From a virus (Duplodnaviria; Heunggongvirae; Uroviricota; Caudoviricetes), in IMG/VR virus record IMGVR_UViG_3300025000_000056: DNA of 50,465 nucleotides. One strand, written 5' to 3'. Numbering within the stretch: position 1 is the first letter of the stretch; the number at the start of each line of letters is the position of its first letter. Positions 32,801-40,466 of the stretch are shown here, piece after piece. The notes under the pieces are model-generated. The model was not told where the DNA came from, made no database searches, and saw only the letters and a list, made by a program, of their open reading frames with translations. Both the position numbers and the translations under genes were made by a program.

Positions 32801-35664
32801 TGAATAATTAAATTCGAGATATCAGTATTAGTTGATTTAATGAAGTACGCAGTAGCTCCGATACTAACTGATTTAAGTGTTGCTCTAGATTCTATCGTAC
32901 CATTAGAAACTAGATTTATAACTGTCGTACTTATGCCGCTACTTAATTGTACAACGCTTCCAGCATTTAAGATAAAATTATTAAAGGTGTTGTTTCCGTA
33001 TACCGCGGTTATGCCATTAAATTCAATTGAGTTATAAGTTACACTAAGTCCCTGAAACGAGCCGTTTCCATTCATAACAAATTTTGCAGTATTGGGCGTA
33101 TACGTAAAGCTCGTTACACTAAATAATACAGTATTACAATTAATAATTGATGATCCTAGAGTTAATGTTCTAATAGTAGCACCATTACTATAAAGACCTC
33201 CACAAGTAAGAGTTTTATCATTGGTATTTAAAGTCCCGTATTGATGACTAAAAATACCAGTCCCGATATTCAAATCGTCTTGTAGTATAACAGAGCAACC
33301 CGCAATAACAGTCTGTATATAAAGATTTCCTACAAAACCATTGCCAGTAATTTTACAGGGATTCGTTGGAGAAACAATACTTAGATAACCAATAATAGTA
33401 CTAACGAACCCTGGATCAAGTACAATATTACCATTAATATTGATAGCATTGCCGCCTGTAAATGTTGGATTATAACTAACACCAGTCCAGTTAATATCTC
33501 GACAAGTAAGAATAGAGTTAACCGTAACGGTCTGACCGGTTGCCGTGAAAGAATTAGCGTCGAAGAGAATATTATCAATTAAAGTCGGTAACGGTTCTCC
33601 GCCGGGGCCTCCAGAATAAGATGACCAATGAACAGAATCATTAGTATTCCCTGACCCACCTACCCAGTATTTAAAAAACTGTACAATACCAGTATTACCA
33701 CTGATATTTTTACTGTCCCTAAATAAGAACATACTTGTAGCATCAAAAGCACTAGAGAACTTAATATCTTGAACAATTAAGTTCGAAGTATCAATCGTTG
33801 TGTTTGGCTTATATAATACAAGGTTAGCTGGAGACCCAGGTGTGACGGATTGAATCGTCGCTCTAGATTCAAGTGTTGCATTCGAAACAACGTCTTTAAC
33901 ATAAACATTTGATGTAGTTGCACTAGGTAATTTAATAATAGCATTCGGATCAAGAGTCATCGTATTCATAATTAAAGTACTAGTGGCCGTAGAAACTACT
34001 GTTAGTCCATTAAACTCAATAGTACCAAACGATAAACTATTAGTGCCGATAGCTAGAGCCCCGATACCTGTTAAAATAAATGTTGCAGATGTCATACTGT
34101 TACTAAAGTTTGTGTTAACTGTAAAATCTATATTAGCGCAATTAATAACACTAGAACCTAATCCTATATATCTAGAATTAGCGTTGTTAGAGTTAAAGGC
34201 TCCACAGGTAATATTATGGCTGTTTGAATAAAAGCTTCCGGTGTTGACATACAAAGTATAGTTTCCGATACTTAGATCATCTTGTAGATACCAATTAGCG
34301 TTTACAGTATCAAAACTTAAATTACCATTTAAGACTATTCCTGAACTTGTAATAGTCTTATTAAGATTATTTAAGCTGTTAAAACTTAAGTATAAGACAT
34401 TACACGTCATACTGGGATTAAACGTTGCTGATCCATAGATATTCAATTGAGACGTTCCCGTTAAGTCTGGACTATATAAGGCACCCGTCCAATCAATATC
34501 CCGACAATAAGCAACGGAGTTTACCGTGACAACCTGGTCATCACTAGTAAATGAATTCTCATCGAAGTAAACATTATCTAAACCAGTTGCTGTTGGAATA
34601 GGTTCTCCGCCGACCCCGCCACTTGTCAAAGACCAGTGAGCGGTCTGTGTCCAGCTTCCGGTACCGCCGACCCAATATTTAAAGAATTGCATATAACCTG
34701 AGTTACCGCTAACGTTCTTAGAATTTCTAAATAAGAACATAGCATTTGAATTATTAGCATTGATATCTTGAATAATTAAATTCGAGATATCAATCGTACC
34801 AGAAGTAGCTTTGTAAAGATAAGCTGGAGTACCTGCAGAATTAGATTTAAGTGTTGCCCTTGTTGTCGGCGTTGAATTAGTCGTCATATTAACGACGGTC
34901 ATCGTAGTGCCATACACTAATTGAACCGTAACGCCTGCATCGATAACAAAGTTAGTAAAGGTATTTGAAGTATGTACTGTCGTGACACCTGATGCAAATT
35001 CAATATTATTAAATAAAGCATAGGTGCTATTAAATGTTCCGCCGCCTGTCATGATCCACTGAGCGGAATCCGCAAGAAATGAAAGACCGGTTATTGAACT
35101 AATACTTACTGATCCGCAGCGAATAACTGAAGCACCTAACGAAAGTGTTCTGACTAAAGTTCCATCAGTATTAAATACTGAACAAGTAATGTCCTTATCA
35201 TTGGAGTTAAAGGTTCCGGCCTTTACCATGAATACAGTATTACTTGTTGTTAGATCATCTAACAATGTCCAACCGCCCGTAGTGCTATTAAATGTTATGG
35301 TTTTTAATGGTTGTCCCGCGCTTGTTATTGTTCTACCAAACGACGTACTAACAAGGTTTATTCCTCCAGAAAATGAACATATCATTTCAGGAATTAATGT
35401 TAGAGATCCGTAGATATTTAATACATAAGATGCTCCAGTTAGCGTTGGTGTAAATTTAACACCCGTCCAAGTTATATCTAGGCAATTCGCTATAGCACCT
35501 ATTGTAACGATTTGGCCTTCAGCAGTAAACGAGGCGGAATCAAAAATAACATTATCTGCAGATGTTGGAACACTTGCGCCTCCAGCTCCGCCTGATGTAG
35601 CAGACCAGTGAGTGGTCGTCGCATCCCAGTTTCCAATACCGCCTACCCAATAACGATTAGCCAT
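26827..35664 (-). CDS. Giant modular adhesin/tail fibre, 2945 aa: six ~320-aa beta-rich modules, FN3, SPRY/B30.2, lectin-like fold with F5/8-C insert, anchors A and B
   Basis: Six (Y/I)WV(G/E/N)G.G.W...HW module starts near 35650, 34680, 33670, 32720, 31770 and 30805. FN3 LTWSQ..ATGYNVY. SPRY WSP.DK...LSNNNLT...SGKFYWEV...IGIALDMDAGTL. GFRPVL near 28040. Confidence 0.88.
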   Translation of the reverse strand: MANRYWVGGIGNWDATTTHWSATSGGAGGASVPTSADNVIFDSASFTAEGQIVTIGAIANCLDITWTGVKFTPTLTGASYVLNIYGSLTLIPEMICSFSGGINLVSTSFGRTITSAGQPLKTITFNSTTGGWTLLDDLTTSNTVFMVKAGTFNSNDKDITCSVFNTDGTLVRTLSLGASVIRCGSVSISSITGLSFLADSAQWIMTGGGTFNSTYALFNNIEFASGVTTVHTSNTFTNFVIDAGVTVQLVYGTTMTVVNMTTNSTPTTRATLKSNSAGTPAYLYKATSGTIDISNLIIQDINANNSNAMFLFRNSKNVSGNSGYMQFFKYWVGGTGSWTQTAHWSLTSGGVGGEPIPTATGLDNVYFDENSFTSDDQVVTVNSVAYCRDIDWTGALYSPDLTGTSQLNIYGSATFNPSMTCNVLYLSFNSLNNLNKTITSSGIVLNGNLSFDTVNANWYLQDDLSIGNYTLYVNTGSFYSNSHNITCGAFNSNNANSRYIGLGSSVINCANIDFTVNTNFSNSMTSATFILTGIGALAIGTNSLSFGTIEFNGLTVVSTATSTLIMNTMTLDPNAIIKLPSATTSNVYVKDVVSNATLESRATIQSVTPGSPANLVLYKPNTTIDTSNLIVQDIKFSSAFDATSMFLFRDSKNISGNTGIVQFFKYWVGGSGNTNDSVHWSSYSGGPGGEPLPTLIDNILFDANSFTATGQTVTVNSILTCRDINWTGVSYNPTFTGGNAININGNIVLDPGFVSTIIGYLSIVSPTNPCKITGNGFVGNLYIQTVIAGCSVILQDDLNIGTGIFSHQYGTLNTNDKTLTCGGLYSNGATIRTLTLGSSIINCNTVLFSVTSFTYTPNTAKFVMNGNGSFQGLSVTYNSIEFNGITAVYGNNTFNNFILNAGSVVQLSSGISTTVINLVSNGTIESRATLKSVSIGATAYFIKSTNTDISNLIIQDIAFTGNFIFRSSRNVSGNSGAIQFFKYWVGGSGTWSDINHWSLTSGGSGGESVPTTQYDNILFDANSFTATGQTVNMNNAITCRDISYLDVLYTPSFSGAGYPNVYGDMVFSPDMTYSSTNYTMIKGASSKITSNGLVMVNSIQTNAGCSLILQDDLNLGTGTFNHQYGVLNTNNKTLTCAGFYSNSTNSRTLTLGSSIVKCASVYFNGSGLTYTANTAQWVMEGTGVFDGVSLSHASIEFNGITTLPKACSFTNIILDVGCVVNLPVSTTITTTNMVSNATAAAKATLQSATTGTIAYLTKSSGSFDVNHIIARDIAATSGSFFRKSQNLGNNTGITFDSHYWVEGTGNWSDVSHWAYTSGAVGGSEGAQVPNKFENVVFDVNSFTNDGQVVTADIDTIFQDMKWTDATHNPTFNSSKVLTINGSITLIPNMMWIQTGAIVFSSLGTYNITSAGNVLTTSDLNIQTSGCNIVLLDDLIIGNYINHQYGTLNLNGFTITCNYYYAPWGNTHGLIFGTTGKFICVSAYIVSTGLTYASNTGSFVMVGNGTFTGSSLAYLSIEIQGTTIISGSTTFANFIVGPNSVTKLTNGSIQYITNLVSNATPLNRATIQSANPGTSATIQKSIAGSVSNLTVKDIYSNSSMITCKNSQNVSGNTGSISFPDRIWVNGTGFWNDTNHWSTYDGGPGGASVPTATDPVYFTAYSFTAFNQVITINATANCLDMDWTGVLNIPTLDGTYALNVYGNLILNPYMNIPYSGLFSLKSTSPQSITTNGLVLNNLNFNSTAACTLQDDLSVATTLSLVTGTLNTNNKTISCNTFDSNYSSTRALTLGSSVINVSSNFNIQTSTGLSLTCGTSIINMAGSNVQFNGGSLTYSTLNSNGSVVLITGSNTFNTLIINADMATKLTSGTTQTVTSFISTGIAGHLSILQSSVAGTPATIRKISGSVDTSFVSVQDIKITGTLNYFLVRNSVDVSGNTGVQFDFNSPILNIAISNIGPGDGTLTWSQYGEATGYNVYDSDDKLIAIMYGIDSTTSRIANLLANGSYTFKLSAFNETQESSKNLVSLNTPAIVIPNTWSPVDKGTQVVLSNNNLTMTATGGWVNGGIRGLYGVSSGKFYWEVKNISGVPTAGAAIGIGNSLALLTSFDTTTNSRTYLANGKKYPENIAYGVSYAANSIIGIALDMDAGTLIFYKDGVSQGVSHTNVKTMGVVYPYITSSTSTGVNSATINFGATAFTYPIPEGYSAYIQATTSTANVRSNPLTMDVGDYLSCRYTATSNTVGQFTELGMAQGTLIPPSSAVAPDGYFNFIYVGDDEQGHRVLVADRCVQNTIAWDTLNLSSITTGNGMPYVTYGNNLCASGTAIENNHYSGQVAALAFDGSISSAWYSLETSNQSGVSWIGYDFGMGNPKAIRQMRLYTYSSTSCNLSSVKIQSSNDNVIWDTVSVNTISTTVNTWVTMNLQDSPSARYWRILANANSADRWTVREVQMFASSLLPNTNYSIRLLTGPTTALDTDNEYDKYIVNSDLNGTITAGDNNIWNWAKLYTKTSTTDSPNGSSYRVLMGWDTIRQRSYVTSPSAVATDGFRPVLVVDIPQNKYLFQDGAFIKSFINSSWQTVGNVPVTPYMFLTYGITSLQAITDPILRQLAAPKLLIQSDSASTRLDIMAAPVPKVVLSNIDISLSDVNNIYNFALATTLIGNGTIRLLVSGSSGITWKGYVDNAWIPIDTSNLADVKSKGISLITLASIPSADWNDLTSLSHKIRFGYYLEQLSSYDVVKINAITGLLDIVGLWSNAVVGIDYNYNYPQNDILRMVLSTSGTYKITMSDVYGGNSVTADAINVYLATIANVQGINDMMAQELAMTNFKLDSYTNASKNSMKNLIIDCFNDTTGLDLINTTATFDSSAKSMKLGIVQSNNDMTSSIPTAILLTVDETLDAGSITYQVSRDGGLSWVVILPQVKTAITSGSGLSIIVKANITGDAQLNAWAYSWS
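32571..33577. repeat. Exact 53-bp direct repeat (32571-32623 and 33525-33577) between adjacent modules of the 2945-aa gene
   Basis: TAACGGTCTGACCGGTTGCCGTGAAAGAATTAGCGTCGAAGAGAATATTATCA occurs twice, 954 bp apart, and encodes DNILFDANSFTATGQTV. Confidence 0.9.
32794..34792. repeat. Exact 31-bp repeat (32794-32824 and 34762-34792) that is itself a near-perfect palindrome
   Basis: GATATCTTGAAT-AATTAA-ATTCGAGATATC-A is present in two modules. The 12-bp arms have one mismatch. Confidence 0.85.
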
Positions 35665-35700
35665 TATATCAACTACTTTCTTGATTAGTTAAGCTTAAAT

Positions 35701-37320
35701 TTAAGCCTCATAGTATTTTAAAACCGGACGGAATCCCGAGGTAGAATTTGATGCTAACGTATAGAGATCCGTAAGTAACGATGGGCCGCTTCGATAAACT
35801 CTAGTAGCATAAGTATTAAGTGAATTAATTGGTGTTTCCTGGGTCCATGACGCTCCATTAAGTTTCCAGTGCCATACATTATCATCGCCGGCTGTAATTT
35901 TACCATCAAGATCAGATAATCGAATAAAGGTATCCCATTCGTTATTTGGCGGATAGGCACCTAAATTAGCATTCACCGAAGTTGATGTACCGTAGGTATC
36001 AATATAACCGTTACCTCCAGATAATGATTTAACATGAATATTACTAGTAAAGTTATTAGACTCCATCATTTGAACCTCTGACACAATCCAATTACTTAAC
36101 GTGCAATTGGCATTTGCTAAGAGTCTCCAGTATTGATTTGAGCCAGAAACAGGTAAGGCAAACGCTTGAGCGGTCGTTACGGATGTAGATGGAGTAATCG
36201 TTTCTATGGTTATCCAGTTGGTTTTATCCGATGAACTCTGGACGATAATACTTGACATAGCACTCGGAGCAATCGCTTGAGAGAGAACAATTTGTCGTAT
36301 ATGTCTTGGAATTAAAAAATCATAACCGATCCATGATGCTCCATTAATATCAGTATTATACTCTAAGGATTTCCATGTTGTTCCAGTGTTAGTGTCAAAG
36401 GCATTCAAAGGGATATAGACTGTATTATGGTTATTTTCAATAGGAACACCAGCAATACAAATGTTACCTCCATATGGAGGTACCGTATTGTTACCTTCAA
36501 TAAACTTTGCAATATTTAAGGCGTCCCAGCTAATTCCGGTTTGAACGACACGATCAGCAATCCATGTGCCTTTACTTACTTTAACAAAGTTAAATAGTCC
36601 ATTAGGTGTCGCCGTTCCAGTAACGGGGATCTCACTAGCAACGCAAACTCCAAGTTCAGAAAAAACACCAGCCGTGTTTGAGATTGCTGTATAACGACAA
36701 GGAATCATGTCGCCAGGTTTTGTGTTATTTAAATCTGTTACCATGTTACCAAGGGAAACTTGTGTTAACTCTTGTGGCCATAGTGGTCTATAGCCACTTG
36801 GAATAGAATAACTAAAGGCACTAGCTCCAAAATTAACAGTAGAAACCGTTGATACTGTGGAATAGCTTATTGCTATTGGATAAACAATACCTAAAGTTTT
36901 AAGATCGCTAAAAGCGATACCTTGAGACACGCCATTCTTATAAAACGTAATTGTACCAATATCCATATCGAGAGCAACGCCGATAACATTTCCTACAACA
37001 AAGGCCGTAGTGTAGGCTAGGACTCCGGGGATCAAGGTTCCAGCTCCTGGATTACATGTACGAATTGTTGCACTCGACAGTGGAGCAGAAGTCATAGAAG
37101 TGTTAACATCTGATATACCGATCACATGATTAAGAGCAGTACTGAGTAAAACTTCCCAATACCATTTTCCTTCAGAGATGCCTTGAGTTGCTCGCGTAGC
37201 AATATTCTCTGCAGTAGTTTGTATTGTTAGGTTATTATTGCTTAGATTAATTTCGCCGGCCTTATCAGCAGTGCTCCATGTAACTTTAGTTGTTGAATAA
37301 TCTCGTCCCGTAATTGCCAT
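35701..37320 (-). CDS. Modular adhesin, 539 aa: SPRY/B30.2 domain plus lectin-like fold with F5/8 type C insert
   Basis: TWSTADK...LSNNNLT...GKWYWEV...VIGVALDMDIGT (SPRY); PGDMIPCRYTA...WIADRVVQ; NAFD...WIGYDF...YWRLLA; C-terminal GFRPVLKY. Confidence 0.82.
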   Translation of the reverse strand: MAITGRDYSTTKVTWSTADKAGEINLSNNNLTIQTTAENIATRATQGISEGKWYWEVLLSTALNHVIGISDVNTSMTSAPLSSATIRTCNPGAGTLIPGVLAYTTAFVVGNVIGVALDMDIGTITFYKNGVSQGIAFSDLKTLGIVYPIAISYSTVSTVSTVNFGASAFSYSIPSGYRPLWPQELTQVSLGNMVTDLNNTKPGDMIPCRYTAISNTAGVFSELGVCVASEIPVTGTATPNGLFNFVKVSKGTWIADRVVQTGISWDALNIAKFIEGNNTVPPYGGNICIAGVPIENNHNTVYIPLNAFDTNTGTTWKSLEYNTDINGASWIGYDFLIPRHIRQIVLSQAIAPSAMSSIIVQSSSDKTNWITIETITPSTSVTTAQAFALPVSGSNQYWRLLANANCTLSNWIVSEVQMMESNNFTSNIHVKSLSGGNGYIDTYGTSTSVNANLGAYPPNNEWDTFIRLSDLDGKITAGDDNVWHWKLNGASWTQETPINSLNTYATRVYRSGPSLLTDLYTLASNSTSGFRPVLKYYEA

Positions 37321-37321
37321 A

Positions 37322-37936
37322 TTAGTTCACAACCAATCTATCAATAGATTTATACGCAGAAAGATCAATAGCAATACTATATAAATGACTCGTGCCAAAA
37401 ACACCTTCATCAACAATTGGAAGTGAATAGCTATTTATTAGATAAAGCTGTCCATCAAATGTCACTTGATCATCGTGAATAAAATCTTCAGCATCACTTG
37501 CTAGAAAATCACATTCAACCGTTGTAACGTTGTCCGTTCCTGGAACAAACTTTAATACTTCAATAGGAGGACGATCATAATTCGTTGTTGCGGTAATTGC
37601 AATATCACACGAATAATTAGCAGGAACATTGATAAGATTAATTTGCTGAGTATTCGATGCCAATGGGGACCCGCCCGTTGGCTCTTCATCATCGGGTGTT
37701 GATGTAGTTCCTCCTACGGGAACATATTCATCATGAATACCATCCCATCTCATAAAGAGATTGGTATTCTTTATTAAATAAAGATCGCCATCGTTTTCGC
37801 TAGAAAGTGGTAGATTATCTACAGTAGCAACTGGGCCCTTGTAAAATTTAGCTCCAATTAAATGACTTAAGGCTAAATCTTCATCGGTATTCTTAATTTG
37901 TAATTGTTCAATTAGACTAGATATTATTGGTTTCAT
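37322..37936 (-). CDS. Adaptor-like structural protein, 204 aa
   Basis: AAAGGAGG RBS. YKGPVATVDNLPLSSENDGDLYLI is shared with the 396-aa neighbour. The C-terminal domain is paralogous to the 173-aa protein. Confidence 0.75.
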   Translation of the reverse strand: MKPIISSLIEQLQIKNTDEDLALSHLIGAKFYKGPVATVDNLPLSSENDGDLYLIKNTNLFMRWDGIHDEYVPVGGTTSTPDDEEPTGGSPLASNTQQINLINVPANYSCDIAITATTNYDRPPIEVLKFVPGTDNVTTVECDFLASDAEDFIHDDQVTFDGQLYLINSYSLPIVDEGVFGTSHLYSIAIDLSAYKSIDRLVVN

Positions 37937-37960
37937 AATTAATCTACCTCCTTTAAACTC

Positions 37961-39142
37961 TTACTGGGCTAATCTTGCCAGTACTTGGTCAGCGATTGTA
38001 TTAATAAGCTCTGATAGTTGACCTTCAATTGCCTCAGAGAGAAGCGTTATCTGACTGTCAGTATAAGATGACGTTGTCAGTATAAGCTCGTTAATTGCTG
38101 AAACAATCGTTAATTTATTATCAGTATTTAATTCCGTTAAATCACCAACGTTACTTGACATATCGCTCCATACTTCGAATTGTAATTTATCTCCGATATC
38201 TAAACTAAAGCCGATTAAATCAATCGTAACTCCATCGTCATTTCGAATATAATTATCAAATTCATAAAGTCGTAAGTTGTCTAAATAGACCTTTAAAATA
38301 TCCGTTACACGATTATAATGACCTTCATTAATAACAATGTTTGTAATGCCATCAGAATCTGCGACATATGTTGACTCTGAAAAGGTTCCATTGGCAACGC
38401 CAGAACCATAGGTTGAAACTGCACTCTTAATCTCATTAATAGCTGATACAATATTTGCCTTACTGTTTGTATCTAGTAAGTTTAAGTTACCAAGATTATC
38501 AGAGACGTCTTTTAACACTTCGAATTGTAGTTTTTCACCAGCCTTTAGGCTAAAGCCTATTAGGTTAATAGATCTGCCATCCTCGCTGCGCGTGTAATTA
38601 TCCGGTTCGTAAAGTCGTAGATTTTCAAAGTACACTCGTAAAACATCATTTAAGGGATTGTAATCAAACTGATTGATAACAACGTTTGTAATACCATCAA
38701 CTAAAGCAACTGAACTTGATTCAGAGATAGCATTTGTAGCGCCTAAGCCGTCTGACTGTCCCGATCCTGATCCTCCAACAGGCTTATAAACTGCAAGTGT
38801 AGCACTCCATCGTACGAAGGAACTAGAATCCATGATTAAGTAAACATCGCCATCATTATCGCTTGAAACGGGTAGAGAGTTAACGTTGTCAACGGGGCCC
38901 TTATAGCTCTTAGGACCCGCGCCTAAGTCTGAAAGAACGCCTTGAATATTAATAACATCTTCACTGAGACTATTAATTGTTTCACTTGCCTCGGTGAAGT
39001 TTATATTAATATCTGATATATCAGTATTTAGCTGAGTGATCGATGTGTCAAACCCTGAGATTTGATCAGCTAAATTTGTAGACTCCTGATTAGGGCCCAC
39101 AGAGGCAATCTGCCTTGGATTTAATTTAGTGCGAGTTGTCAT
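37961..39142 (-). CDS. Tail-fibre-like structural protein (probable start ATG 39142) with coiled coil and an internal ~115-aa duplication
   Basis: AGGTGA RBS overlaps the track's GTG start. Two copies of DGITN.VIN...YN...D.L.VY..NLRLYE.DNY.R..DG..I.LIGFSL..G.KLQFEV...L.T..K..IVSAINE, a fibre-type motif. Confidence 0.72.
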   Translation of the reverse strand: MTTRTKLNPRQIASVGPNQESTNLADQISGFDTSITQLNTDISDININFTEASETINSLSEDVINIQGVLSDLGAGPKSYKGPVDNVNSLPVSSDNDGDVYLIMDSSSFVRWSATLAVYKPVGGSGSGQSDGLGATNAISESSSVALVDGITNVVINQFDYNPLNDVLRVYFENLRLYEPDNYTRSEDGRSINLIGFSLKAGEKLQFEVLKDVSDNLGNLNLLDTNSKANIVSAINEIKSAVSTYGSGVANGTFSESTYVADSDGITNIVINEGHYNRVTDILKVYLDNLRLYEFDNYIRNDDGVTIDLIGFSLDIGDKLQFEVWSDMSSNVGDLTELNTDNKLTIVSAINELILTTSSYTDSQITLLSEAIEGQLSELINTIADQVLARLAQ

Positions 39143-39231
39143 ATCTATCACCTACTCATTATAGTTCATGGCAGTTAACCACGATAATGATCTCATATTA
39201 TATAAACCACGTAGAGTGGCTGATTTGTGAC

Positions 39232-40047
39232 TTAGTGTACATCGATTGCATTAGGTTTTGAGGATTCAATAAAGCGTTCATTCCATTTACTATCTTGGTT
39301 TGTAGCTAATGCTAGTCTGCCATTAATGGCAAAGCTCGTGATTTGGTAATCATAGATTGTCTCAGAGATACTCATAATGATTTCGTTGATCTCATTAATA
39401 ACAATCGACTCGCCCGGCATTCGAGAGTTAATATAATCTCGAATTAATTGCTTAGCCTGAATTGTTATGATCTTTTTCGTAGCATCATCGGTTCCTTTAG
39501 TAAAGATAATCATAGCCTTAAACTCTATAGGAATCGTCTTGGGAATAAAGACGGCGAATCGTATACCGTATCCTTTAACTTCATTGATCTTAGATTGAAC
39601 TTCATTAATGGTTTCCTGACTTGTATTAGGGGTATCGGTAATAATATAAATTGAGAAAGACCCAGTACCGAATGTATAGGGTTTTAATATAACATTCTTA
39701 ACAAGATCCACTGAAAGAGCTGCAAGTCGTATCGCTGTTTCGTTTGCCGAGGCAATCGTTAAAACTTGATTGCAAACTCTATATTTGTAATTGTCATCCG
39801 ATTCACCCGTTATACGAGGACAACTAAGCATGAAACCAATCAGATCAATATTACCTTCCGTTGCTTGAGAGATACAGGCCTGAGCTAAATTAAGACTAAA
39901 GATACTATAAAACTCTGATAAGTTTTCATTCATAATAGCAAGGAGTAATCGTGCAACGCCGCCTGGCCCTATCTCAGTAATTGAAGTACCACTGAGACGT
40001 TCCATAGTCTGAGTCATTAGCTCATCTAAAGACTTTGTAATGATCAT
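39232..40047 (-). CDS. Baseplate J-like (gp47/gp6-related) protein, 271 aa
   Basis: GGVARLLL...QATEGNIDLIG...PRITGESDDNYKYRV...ASANETAI...V.P...GTGSFSIYI pattern of Baseplate_J. Lies directly after a gp25/W-like gene. Confidence 0.8.
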   Translation of the reverse strand: MIITKSLDELMTQTMERLSGTSITEIGPGGVARLLLAIMNENLSEFYSIFSLNLAQACISQATEGNIDLIGFMLSCPRITGESDDNYKYRVCNQVLTIASANETAIRLAALSVDLVKNVILKPYTFGTGSFSIYIITDTPNTSQETINEVQSKINEVKGYGIRFAVFIPKTIPIEFKAMIIFTKGTDDATKKIITIQAKQLIRDYINSRMPGESIVINEINEIIMSISETIYDYQITSFAINGRLALATNQDSKWNERFIESSKPNAIDVH

Positions 40048-40049
40048 GC

Positions 40050-40463
40050 TTATACCTCCTTAATCTTAATGCCGTTACCAAGATCCACGGCTACTTCAAA
40101 ACCAATAGGGCCATTATCACTAAAGGGTGAATTAATAAAGACGAAGTAGACAATGCGCGTACCATTAATAGGAGTTGCCTTGATATAGAGGTCGTCTTTA
40201 TTAATAAATCCATCGGTTGTCATGGCTTTAGTTAAGAGGTCAATTCCCTTATCACCAGTCTCTTTAGTATTAGATAAACCTAGAAGCTGTTCAAGCGTAG
40301 CTCCAATTTTATCGTAAAACCAGTCTTTATTAATAGAGCGAATTCTATTATAAGCGCTCTGTTTGATCATCTCAGTTTCCGTGACGAGACCGAGATCGCC
40401 ATTGACTAAAACTAGATCACCATCAGGACTTAACTTTAAATCCGTTACATCGTAGCGAGACAT
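40050..40463 (-). CDS. Baseplate wedge/sheath initiator, gp25/gpW/DUF2634-like, 137 aa
   Basis: DLKLSPDGDLVLVNGDL...Q...R......W......GA.L pattern. Lies between PAAR and baseplate J. GGAGGG RBS overlaps the PAAR gene end. Confidence 0.75.
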   Translation of the reverse strand: MSRYDVTDLKLSPDGDLVLVNGDLGLVTETEMIKQSAYNRIRSINKDWFYDKIGATLEQLLGLSNTKETGDKGIDLLTKAMTTDGFINKDDLYIKATPINGTRIVYFVFINSPFSDNGPIGFEVAVDLGNGIKIKEV

Positions 40464-40466
40464 ATC

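Noticed and set aside
35693-35706. 14-bp palindrome GCTTAAATTTAAGC over the stop of the 539-aa gene as a DGR hairpin or terminator
   Set aside because: AT-rich and weak, with no U-tract and no equivalent after the paralogous 353-aa gene.
21208-37320. A complete diversity-generating retroelement in the window
   Set aside because: No reverse transcriptase and no template repeat seen. The paralogous 3' regions differ at all base types and in length, not only at adenines.
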